A model generated the notes under the pieces. That model worked only from the letters and a program-made list of their open reading frames with translations. It had not been told where the DNA came from and searched no databases. Below, piece after piece: positions 24,471 through 35,415 of a stretch of DNA of 41,227 nt. Location of the stretch: assembly GCF_001194135.2 (NCBI RefSeq), contig NC_068981.1, forward strand, positions 102,851,789 through 102,893,015. Direction: 5' to 3'. Numbering within the stretch: position 1 is the stretch's first letter; each line of letters starts with the position of its first letter. Made by a program: the position numbers and the translations under genes. The stretch is from Octopus bimaculoides (lineage: Eukaryota).

Positions 24471-26139
24471 TGAATGTAGATATATTTACGAAAATATATA
24501 CGCCAGGTGAGATTATTATGTCTATACTGCTTTACTCTTTCGAACATCACAATCCATTCTCCAATCTTGGTCTAGTGTAGTGAATAAGAACATATTACAG
24601 AGTAAATTCTTGACAATATTCCAGTTGTATTATAGTTGATATCTTCCCAAATTAAAAAGATCCATATGATTGGCGCTTATCTCTTGTTTCTATTCAATTG
24701 TGTAAGTAGATTAATAATAAATCTCTTGCTCAATAGAACCTCTGTCTAAGGCAGAGGGGACATTCCGTTAAATGAATTTAGTTTGAAACTACAAGTCAAT
24801 GAGTTGCTCATCAATTACACACTCCCTATTTAAAGAATGCAGAAGTGTATTATGATATTCAGCATGCTTAATTATAACTTGAACCCAATGAAGAAACCTG
24901 NNNNNNNNNNNNNNNNNNNNNNNNNNNNNNNNNNNNNNNNNNNNNNNNNNNNNNNNNNNNNAAATGAATTTAGTTTGAAACTACAAGTCAATGAGTTGCT
25001 CATCAATTACACACTCCCTATTTAAAGAATGCAGAAGTGTATTATGATATTCAGCATGCTTAATTATAACTTGAACCCAATGAAGAAACCTGAATACTGC
25101 CGCTTGACCAGATAAAAATAGCATCCAGATTCTCTCTGACCACACACCATACCGTTTTTAACGAAAGGTGGACAATGTAATTCTGCATGCCTCTAAGAAA
25201 ACGGGATAGTCACGGCTGCAACGACTTGAGTCACGAGTCTGCTCGGTCGGGATTGATTTGAGCCAACAAAACAATAACAGCACTAGGACATAAACACGCC
25301 AACGTGAAACTGAGTCCGTAATTTAATCGGACCACCTCAAGAATTGTCTCAGCTGCAGTGTCATTGGTCATAAATTTACTCGATGGTGGTTCACCAGGAG
25401 TTATACAACAACCACCACTTCCACAGCAACAAGATGAATAAAAAGTAGGTGTGTTCATTTAATGAGGTACAGCGTTAGCATGATACGAATCTTAGACCTC
25501 TCGGCTGCGTAGCCATGCTCAGAGTATAATGAGGATATTTTAGGAGCGGGCTTTCAAATTTATAACTACAGAATGAAATCGAAGATATAAGCGAAATCTT
25601 TAACATAATAAAATGTTAAGAGGAGCAATAAATTTATTCATTAGAACAGAAATAAGTACATTTATAAAGCATGGAATTTCCACAAGATTAACTACGGAAC
25701 GAAACCGAAGAACTAACAGAATTATTTAACATTATGGAACAAGTTGGATCATAAAATCGAAGATATAAAATTTTAATATAATAAAGCAAAGTTATGAACA
25801 TCTATTATATTATGTAACAAAATAAGAGCATTTATAAAACTGTAGAATTCCACAAGTGTCAACTTTGCCTCTCTCAGGGTCGATAAAATAAGTACCAGTT
25901 GAACATTGGGCTTCATGTATTGAATTCCTAATCAATACACAACAAATGTTGTTCATTTGTTTAAATAATTAAAAAAAAAAACGCCAGTCACATGGCATGC
26001 ACGAGTTTTATGTGAACTTGTCCGGTTGACGTGGTTCCTCCTGATGATGTCTTGAGCTAACTGGATCCTATAAAGGAGCTGTTGTGGTAGCAGACCACGA
26101 AACATGGTTGAAATTCCTTCCTATATATATATATATACA

Positions 26140-26410
26140 TATATAGTGAGAATTTACCCAAAACATCAAAGACGAAGACGCGTGTGTAAACAACAAACAG
26201 ATGTATTAGTTTAACGCTCGGGAAGTGAGAAAGTCTTTTACGTTTCGAGCCTACACTCTTCGACAGAAAGGAACACAGAAATAAACAGGGAGAGAAAATA
26301 GAAAAAGGTTTAGTGGCTAGCGATCTCTCATGGCGAATGCCAGACAGAGGGGTCACGCACGAGAGCTAGGAAGAAGGGGAGATAATAAAGTAGTGGAGAT
26401 AATAAAGTAG
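26140..26410 (-). mobile_element. Penelope-like element terminal (pLTR/UTR) fragment
   Basis: Minus strand TTCTGTCGAAGAGTGTAGGCTCGAAACGTAAAAGACTTTCTC... has the GAAGAG..CTCGAAACG pattern typical of Penelope-like termini, followed by (TA)n. No RT or GIY-YIG coding remnant was recognised. Confidence 0.55.
26235..26270 (-). ncRNA. Minimal hammerhead-ribozyme-like motif (Penelope type), core variant
   Basis: CUUU-CUGUCGA-A-GAG(UGUAGG)CUC-GAAA-CG-UA-AAAG: stem I CUUU/AAAG, stem II GAG/CUC, palindromic ACGU stem III and cleavage triplet GUA. Core position A6 reads U. Confidence 0.5.
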
Positions 26411-27628
26411 TGGTGATCCCAAAACGAAATATCGAGAGGAGGGATCTAGAGAGATACAAGGAAATGTCACGTAGGGTGGGGCACGATGTTAAGGTGACCC
26501 CTCCCAATGAGATCACAAGGACAACTAAAGAAAGGACGATAGTGTACATTTCTAAAATGAAGAAATCAGAGACGGCAACGACACAAGTGGAGAGAACCCT
26601 GAAACCCATCTGGCAAGATATTACTTTGCCAAAGGGAGGAAGATCGTGAAAGTGGAGGTGCGGTTTCTTACCGAGGCAATATCCAGGCAGCATTCAGTAA
26701 CCTCTCTGAAGACTGACGAGGTGGTACTTCTGCCCATATACCTTAGAAGACGTACTCCCAGAGTAAGGGTGGAGAAAACCCCTCCAGAGGTGCATGTGGC
26801 CTGGCTAGTGACAGCAATACTGCTAAGTCTCGAGGAAAAGATTGTGGTCCTCCAAGCAACTAGAACAGCACAAATAAATTTGCAAGGGCAGCGCCTGGAG
26901 ATGGTTATGTAGGCCGCCTCGGGGGACCTGTAGAAGATAGTAGACACCATAACAGTGGGTGAAGACGTGATACTTAGGGTTATGGTGGAGGGCAGGAAGC
27001 CCCGTTGCTACAAGTGTGATCAAAAGACCACATAGGAACGGAATGCCCTCCTCCTCACGTAAAGGCACCAGTGACACTATCAATTGGAAAAGAAACTGCA
27101 CCAACACCTCCTGCGATAACAAATGCTGCAGGAGTAAGTGAGGGAGAATCCAGCAATAAGGAAGAAAAGGAAGACAAAGCACAGGATAAAAGTAAGGATG
27201 AATGGGAAACAACCGGAAAAAAGGAGAAAAAGGAGGACACAAGCTGATGATGTTATCCCCCACCCTATCCCCTCTCCTTACAGACACCAGCCCTCACCCT
27301 ATACCACCAGACATGGACCTCAGCCTGGCAGACACACAAGAGCCACAAATTTCCCCACCCCACCCCGAGAAAAGTACCTTATGGTGTTTTATAGTGACGC
27401 TAGAGAAACTGAGAAAAAAGATTGAAAATTTGAACACTTTGGTAAAAGTGGACACTTCGGATTGTGAGAAGGTGCCCTCTCATGTGAAATGTTCACTCAT
27501 GTCGAGGGAGAACTTTGATAGGCCGGTCAGCGTACTGACTTTTTGTAGAGCTTTAAAATACTGAATTGTCGCAAACTGAATAATAAACGGGGCAATTTGA
27601 TTGGTTAAAATTAATATATAAAAAAAAA
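26410..27628 (+). mobile_element. L1/Tx1-like ORF1 (gag-like: RRM-like region plus CCHC knuckle) pseudogene with no ORF2
   Basis: Motifs ERTIVY, VEVRF, LLPIYLRRRTPRVRVEKTPPEVHVAWLVTAIL and VMVEGRKPR-CYKCDQ(K)DHIGTEC (CX2CX4HX4C at 27006-27046, with a 1-bp deletion). A K/E- and P-rich tail runs to a stop at 27564, then AATAAA (27582-27587) and an A-run (27620-27628). Confidence 0.75.
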
Positions 27629-27676
27629 CTACACAGGTAGTCCAGATTTTGATTTTGCTTCACCTAATCGGCAGTT

Positions 27677-30600
27677 ATGTCAGAATTATCATGTACTTGC
27701 AAAAACGGTAGATGAATTAGTTGCGAAGGATGGTACGGATGTGGATGTACATGTGGAGATAATAAACGCACCGAAAATGTAAATACACGTGCCACAAAAA
27801 GAATACGACTTATGGGAGGTGTCGGCACACGTAAAACAAATGTAAATACAAGAAAACGTAGTGTGTATACGGAACAAGAGAATTTTGAACCAGAAGGTAG
27901 CGATCCATTATGAATTGCTTCAAAAGTGGGGGCATTGTATGAAGCATTTGGTTTAAAATCAGTATCATCATTACCAGGAAAAGCTAAACATGAAAGAACC
28001 CGAATGGAAGACTTTGACAAAGCTGCTAAAAAGCGACTAGTGAAACTAACCAGTACCATAATGAAAAAAAGTATGCGCTATCATTAGTGTGTATGATGCC
28101 GAAGGCCTTATGAAAGAGTTTGTTAAAAATGAAGAAGGTGTCGTCGATGAAGGCAAATTAGCGGAAAATATAATTAAAGTACGAGATGCATTGCCGAGAA
28201 ATGCACAAGCTGATGCTGTTACAACTCCATTAGCGGTATCCTTCGTTTCAAGTATTTTGAACGATCATTTTGGTATTGGTAAGAAGAAAGTAGCTTCATT
28301 AAGACGAGAGTATAAACATATGGCAAGTGAAAAGCAGCTTACACCTTTCAATAGATCAATTATACGATACGATCGTGATCAAATGAAAGCTGCAGTGGAG
28401 TTTGTTTTGTCGGATGCTAATGTATGCTGAATCTCATGGGGTACCAAAACATTTACGATTAATGGCGAAGAAATACATCTCCCCAAGCTGATTAGGAAAA
28501 AGAATACAACTATAATGCTACGTGATTACAAAGAAACCATACCTCAAAATAAACAATTAGGCTTTACATCATTCCGGAAGATAGTCAAAACGTTAACTAC
28601 CAAGGATCAAACAATTAAACAAGCGGTCGATTATGTGTAGAGAGTATTAACGTATGATAATTTTGCACGTTTGAAGACTGTTGTTGCTACTAGTGCCGAA
28701 TCAGAATCTTTGAATGCTATTGTTAATGGTTTAGAAGCTTACATTAAGACAACCTATGAGGGAGACATTTCTACATGTAGTGTCACGGATAAAGAATTTT
28801 CTTGATCCATCTCTGGAGCGGAAATGAAACACTGTGGTGTTGGTTGCTCCCCCAAGCATGTAATACAATACATTAAACGGAAAGTGAGCCCAGAACATAA
28901 AATTCTATTGAATGATGCTATGGAAAAATTATATCTTTTATTTGGTCATCGTGTGAGAATAGTTAATCAACGCAATAGGATTGATGAAATAATGTTCAAT
29001 TTATGTTTAGAAGATGCTATGGTTGTTGTTATGGATTTCAAAACGAAATTCGAAGCTATATACTAAATGGGAAAAAAACTACAGATTTTTACGTTAAGAA
29101 AGGGCCATCGTGGCATGGAGCCATAACGTATACAAGATACACCGACGAGGAACGGCATAATACTGAAAATTTAAAGGATTATCGTATCACTTACTTCGAT
29201 CACATTTCTACCGGGGATTGTAAGCAAGACTATGTGGCTGTTATGTCCTATTTTGAGGCAGTATGTAAACAAATATCGATCAAATTTCCATACATTCGAA
29301 ATCTTTATGTACACTCTGACAGCGCAAGATGTTGTAAGGAGGGAAACTTATTGTTTACATTATATAAAATTGCAGATAGATACAACCTTAAACTTTGTAC
29401 TATTGTACACACTGGTGAACAAAATGGTAAAGGCGGTATCAACGCTCATTTTGCTACAGTTATGAGGCATGTGTATATGCATTGTAATATGAGTTCAGAT
29501 GTTATAAATCCTGTTGAATTAGTTGATGCTTTAGATGCTAATGGCGGTGTATGTAATACAGTGGCAGAATTGGTTGGTATTAATAGGCATGCTGTTGAAC
29601 GGTATGAACAGGAAAACTTGGAGATAATTGGAAAATTACAAAACGTAGGTGATCATATGGAAGTACAGTTTGATTCGACAAGAAATTCCGCTTCGGTTTA
29701 TGAAAATTCGAACTTATTATTGACAGCAACTTACAACCTTATCAATGACACTACGAACGACGTAAATAAACGAAATTGTGAAAGCGAGTCCGATGAAGAA
29801 GATTGTGCTTCCAATGAAAATGAAATATTTGATACAGACACTGTTGAAGATATTGGTGTTGTAGAGAAAGGTAGAGGCAGCTTAACAAAATGTATTGTTT
29901 ATGGTGTTGAGGAGAATATCCCAGAGAAGCATCGTATTGGATTTGCTGTAGCATCAAATATTAATGATTTGGATATGGAATCAGACGATAAAAATTCTCT
30001 TCAATGTAATTTATGTCGTAGGGAATTTGCAACTGCCTACAAAATGGAAAACCATAATTGCAAGGGAGCCTTAAGAGAATAAAATTTAATCAGTCAAGCT
30101 ATTGTTTATGCTAAAGATATATGTGAACAGCATCAATTTGAGGTGATTAATACTTGTTCAAATGTTGAAGAACATGTTTGATACCATTCATGAAGCGATC
30201 CAGCATAATAATGAGTGTTGTGGATTTGAAACAGGATGGGCAAGAACAAGAAAGCACGGTAATAAGTATGGTAGAAAGTATGTGGATCCATTTAAACAAG
30301 AAATTATTGATATGTTTAATTTGGGTAATGAAAACGAAGCTATGAAACGAGGTCCAGGTAAAGTGTTAGTGGAACTTAAACGTAAACATCCCGGGCATTT
30401 GGATTTACGATCGGAAACAGAAATTTGAACTGTTATTTCATGCTTGATGAAAACAAAGAGAAAAGGACAATCAACATTATATAATGCTAGCCGTGGAATT
30501 CATGAACCATTCAAGTCAACAGTGCTGGAAATATTTCGGGAAGATCCTAATATTACGCTACGCAGGGCATGGAAATTGTTCCAACAAAGACATCCTCCAA

Positions 30601-30695
30601 TCGATGATATATCCACGTATCCAGCTGAGGCAAAGTTAAAGAGAAAAATATCTTCTTTAAAGGTTAAGTATAGGAAAACAGGTGAAATACCTTAG
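27677..30695 (+). pseudogene. ~1000-aa DDD transposase pseudogene, Sola3-like
   Basis: One colinear frame is reconstructable across 3 frameshifts (~28065, ~29065, ~30170) and 7 internal stops. Catalytic-type motifs: VVVMDFKTKFE (D 29034), EKTTDFYVKKGPSWHG, YVHSDSA (D 29318) and HTGEQNGKGGINAHF (N 29441, the expected third D, 40 residues after D2). It also has a CNLC-x12-HNC finger (30005-30061) and a GWA-containing C-terminal domain. The Sola3 assignment rests on recalled motifs plus the terminus. Confidence 0.75.
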
Positions 30696-30853
30696 AGATT
30701 TAAAGAAAACATTGTAACTTTTCGAAAAATTGACATTTTCGAGAAAATAAAGTATTTTCGAGAATTTATAAATATGCGACACAGCTATAGCACGATTTTA
30801 CTGAGTTTTGGTAGTTTATGTTTCTACAAAACTGGGTCAAACTTCCATACTCT

Positions 30854-30874
30854 GAGTCGTGTAACGACTCTTAA
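30854..30874 (+). mobile_element. Putative right terminus of the Sola3-like element plus TTAA target site
   Basis: GAGTCGT-GTA-ACGACTC hairpin ending in CTC, immediately followed by TTAA, 175 bp after the transposase stop. Sola3 is described with GAG...CTC ends and TTAA TSDs. Confidence 0.55.
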
Positions 30875-33800
30875 AAAAAAGAAGTTTCAATGAGGTCGCT
30901 GGAAGTGTGGTTTTCGAGTGGCTGTCATTTCATCCATCTATTCTTTTTCCATGTCATCTTATTTCATTCGTTTATTTTTTCCCCACTTGTCCTGTCCTTG
31001 TATTGTCCCTCTGTGTTGTCTCCTTGTGGGTAATAAAGAATCAACAATTGTTTCCATCACTAAAGGATTACGGTTGATGTTGTCACTCCTCATACGTTCT
31101 GCTTGTTGGTTGTGCTTCTGATACAATGAGACAGAATTTCGCAGTGTTTGATTCTTGTTCCTATACCTGTGTTAAGTAAATTACGAAACTTGACACTGGG
31201 GCTGATCTAATCGACTTAGTCCCTCCTCCATAATTGCTGGCCTTGAGCCAAAATTTGAAACCAATATATTATCGGGATTTAATCTCCCTGAAATCGATAA
31301 AATGACCTGGCTGCTGCAGAATTTAGATTTCATGAAATATTTATTTCGTATCTCTCTATTCTGTGCCAATTCGACTGCTCATAAATATTTTAGGTCAATG
31401 TTGTGGATTTGCCAAACGGGTCAATGGATTTTAATTTCTTTTGCGCCAAATCCAAGTAAGTTTCTTTTTAAAACAAACAATGGTAAATGATATATAATTT
31501 ACAGAGAGATCTTCAATACTACTTGTGTAGGCAGATATTAATGATAAATTTTAAAACACTGCAAATTGTTCTGATATTTTGTTGTTAACTGAAGTGAAAA
31601 TTCATAAGATCAGTGAACTTTAATTGTTAAAGAGTAGGTTGGGTAGCACAATATTTTTGAAATCCTAAGTAAGATATTTGACAACCAGTTTACAACCATC
31701 CAATAAGGGAAAACAAGCACTGTAAGAAGATTATACAAGTTGAGGGGAAACTAAAAACAAGTTTTATATTTATTTGGATATGATGTAAGGGTGATGTAAA
31801 TCTGAAGAGTATTTCTCTGACTGGCTTATCTACCAGTCAGCAGAAACAATTTTTATAGGAAATACGAAACAAAAATTAAGTTGGACTTTCTCACAACTGT
31901 AGGATTGCTTAAAATCATTGCGAGAATTATATATGATTTTATGAATCTACAAGATGGGTGACTTACTTTTGTTTTTTCTTTCAGATACGAATCGATTTTA
32001 TTTGACTGCACTTTAATAAGTTACGAAACCTCTTTTTACATAAATATGTTAATCACTTTTAAAAGTTGATGGAAAGAAAATAGAACAATCTAATTTATAG
32101 GTGACCGCAAATACAGAATACGTCATCAACAATTACTCAAAAGTTTTTCTAATCTACTCACTGCCCTGTCTCCACTTGGCTCAAAGAGTAATATATCAGA
32201 AATGTTCTCGTCTCTTCAAATGTCTGAAACGATTTCCGCAAAGAAAATTAGGCTTATTCTTCTATGAATAATAAATCAACTGCTGCAATCAAAACCAAGT
32301 CTTTTGAGAACTTAAGTAACATGTTACTTAAAGAACCACTCCAAGCTAGTTGTCCTATAAAGAATATATTCAAAATTGTTTCACTTTTACGTTGGCAAAT
32401 TTTCTTTAAGCAGAGAATCGAAGTTTTGAATCGAATCTGTCGATAATGTTCAAGTGTTTGCAAAATTGTGTCTTGAAATTAGTTAGCTGAACCTGCGTTG
32501 ACCAGCCTATAATTTTTAGCCTTTTACAACACTTTGGAGCAAATATTTTGCAACTGTTAATAAAACACGAGAATGAAATATAGAATAAGGGAATAGTGTA
32601 TGTGGAGAACTATATAGCTTCATATTTGTAATTAGCTATCTTTTGACCAATGGCATTTAACGAATTGATATTGTTTGCCCAACAAAGTAGATTATGACTA
32701 CCCCAACTTTCTTTTTCAGGAATATTACAGCTCGGACTATAAAATAGTAGAATGTAGTGTGAAAGAAATTTAGCCGTTATTTCTGTCAGGTCGAGTAACC
32801 GTATAAACTCCTTTGTTTGTTCATAATTCAACGAGAATGTGATTCGTGTAATTCAATCTTCTTGAGAAAACTTTTCTTTTCTTTTTTGTAAACATAAACT
32901 TTTTTCCCTTGTACTTACTGGATATATCATCTAAACTTGCTTTCCCGAGAAAAAATTAGCAGTATGGTGAAGACAGTTTTATTGCTTTAGTCATTTATAC
33001 CCAATCTCTTAAAATGTGCTCAAAGGCATCATCATTTGAGAAATAAGGCACGATTCAAGTTGTGGTAACTGGTTTATAAATGATTTATGGAAAATGTAAT
33101 CAATGGAGAAGAAAAACTTAACCCTTTGGATATTTTCAACATTATAGTACTTTATGACACCATAATTAAAGTACTTGTGCCAAGTGATAGGGCATGAAGG
33201 TTTCCTCATATATTTAAAAGTTCTAAGTCATTTATATTTGCTCCATTTTGTATAAATTTGAACTAAAATATTTCATTGTATCAAGCAGTTGTGTTTAGCT
33301 TTTACATTTAAGAACCAAAGATATATTTTATGTAAAATCTCAGCCATAACAATAGATGTACAAATACAATATTACTAATATATTCTATTTATGACTCAGA
33401 TAACAGAGCACCAGACCGCCGTTAAAGACCACTATATTTAGGTGTTATAGATTTTTAAAAACTATTGTTATAGATTTTTTTTGAAGCGAAGAGTAGCGCT
33501 CGTAAGTCTTTATCTAGTCTTCGAAACTACAAGGAGGAAGGGACGAACTTGTCCTCCTACCAAAGATCTAATCTGAGTGGTTGTAATAGAGTGAACTCAG
33601 CTAAAGACATCCAAGAAAAATGTGGTGGTCATAAACCGAGCGACTGATAGTTTACTCTCAAGAACGCGGAATGCAAAGAGCCAAAACAAACGACTCTTTG
33701 TGATATTTGCTCCGCCGATCTATCTTGATCGGTTTTATATTTTGTCAACCTCAAAAAGATGGAAACCAAAGTTGGGTTTGACTGGATTAGAACTAACAAA

Positions 33801-34179
33801 TGCTGTAAGGCATTTTATCCTATTCTGAAAGTACATCGCTACGGGTATAACCGTCTTTTCCTTTCCTTGTTGTTTAACTCAGCTGAACTCTGACTGAGAG
33901 GATCATATGATCAAAATCTCTTCAGCCTTGGTTATCTCATTACGTATCTAACATTATATTAATGTAATAATTCCTTGAAGACAAATTAGTTTGAGGAAAA
34001 CTTGGGCTTTATTACTAGCAGGTTGGACGATAATACATGTTTTTTTTTTCATTCGCTCATGCTGTATATAATTTAATCCTGAGATTTCTATTATCAAATA
34101 ACTACAGTATCAGCTTCGTTTTATATTTAGCTCACTCCTGCAAATACCACAAATATTCTTATATCACATAGAAAGTTAC

Positions 34180-34462
34180 CCTCCAAGGCACAAATCTGGG
34201 CAAGGTTGTTTATGGAAGACCAGCATTCTTCTAGACATATTAGCCTCCCTTCTTTATGCTACCGATATTATCCAAGGGAAAGGCAAAGGCCGATACAGCT
34301 TGGCATCAGCGACGTCGCAACTCATTTCTACCACTGAGTGAACTGGAGCAACGTGAAATAGTGTCTTGCTCAAGGGCACAACGCACAGACCGGTCCAAGA
34401 ATCAAACTCGCTAGCTCATGATTGCAAGTCCGACGTGCTAGCCACTGGGTCATACGCCTTCA
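34180..34462 (-). mobile_element. tRNA-derived SINE (third family)
   Basis: Minus head GTGAAGGCGTATGACCCAGTGGCTAGCACGTCGGACTTGCAATCATGAGCTAGCGAGTTTGATTC...GTGCCCTTGAGCAAGACACTATTTCACGTTGCTCCAGTTCACTCAG. Confidence 0.75.
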
Positions 34463-34812
34463 CATATATATATCAAATATTAATTTTATTATAATATTAT
34501 ATAAAGGGGGGGGGGTGTTAGTTGGTTGAATCGGTGGGACTTAGCATAAACATGCACTCTTTACGTTATATGTTTAATTGCTGACGAGACTACCTAGCCA
34601 TTCCTCTTCTTTCTAAATCTCTAAGCACCATATAAGTACTATGGTCTACGTATTCGCCTTTTTCTTACTGCAAAATGTGACTCCATGTTAGAATTCGATA
34701 TTGTTAAAATATATAATAATTTAAATATTATACATCATAGGAAGCAGAATTGATTAACTTTATATAGAAAAAAAAATCGTTGCTTTTTATAAATTTATTA
34801 CCGCGTTCAAAT

Positions 34813-35024
34813 GCGGCGAGCTGGCAGAATCATTAGCACGCTGGACGAAATTCCAAGCGGTATTTCGCCCGTCGTTACATTCTGAGTTCAAATTCCGCCG
34901 AGGTCCACTTTGCCTTTCATCCTTTCGGGATCGATAAATTAAGTACTCGTGAAACACTGGGGTTGATGAAATCGACTATCCCCTTCCCTCAAATGTCAGG
35001 CCTTGTGTCTATTAATAGAAAGGA
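34813..35024 (+). mobile_element. Full-length SINE with 16-bp TSD
   Basis: GCGGCGAGCTGGCAGAATCATTAGCACG...GAGTTCAAATTCCGCCGAGGTC...GGCCTTGTG. TSD TTATTACCGCGTTCAA (34795-34810) / TTATTACTGCGTTCAA (35025-35040). Confidence 0.88.
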
Positions 35025-35204
35025 TTATTACTGCGTTCAACTACATTTAATTTTGACTGTTTCACAATATTGCTGAGCTACCATAGTGCGCTTCTATGAT
35101 CTGTTCCCAGCTAATGCAAGGTTTCTTTTGCCCTTCATTTAAAGTTAGCACCTAACTCTCGAAGCCTTGTTATCTAACTAATAATGATTTTAATATTGGT
35201 CTCA

Positions 35205-35415
35205 AATTTTGGCACAAGGTCAGCAATTTCGGGAGAGGGAATAAGTCGATTACATTGGCCCAGTACTCAACTGGTCCTTATTTTATCGGGCCCGAAAGGA
35301 TGAAAGGATGAAAGGAAAGTCGACCTCGGTTGTATTAGAACGTAGAAAGTAAAGTTGGAAGAAATGCCGCTAAGCATTTGTCCGGCGTGTCAACGATTCT
35401 GCTAGCTTGCCACTT
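35205..35415 (-). mobile_element. SINE, same family, inverted
   Basis: Reverse complement of the 34813-35024 family (AAGTGGCAAGCTAGCAGAATCGTTGACACGCCGGACAAATGCTTAGCGGC...). Confidence 0.8.

Noticed and set aside
24770-25092. 131-bp perfect direct repeat
   Set aside because: Identical copies sit on either side of a 61-N gap, which indicates an unmerged contig overlap (assembly artefact).
25510-25545. GCTCAGAGTAT as the left TIR of the Sola3-like element
   Set aside because: Only ~10 nt match the expected TIR, with no GAG start after TTAA; consistent with chance.
27664-28059. 131-aa minus-strand ORF (and 29751-29957)
   Set aside because: Antisense shadow of the plus-strand transposase frame.
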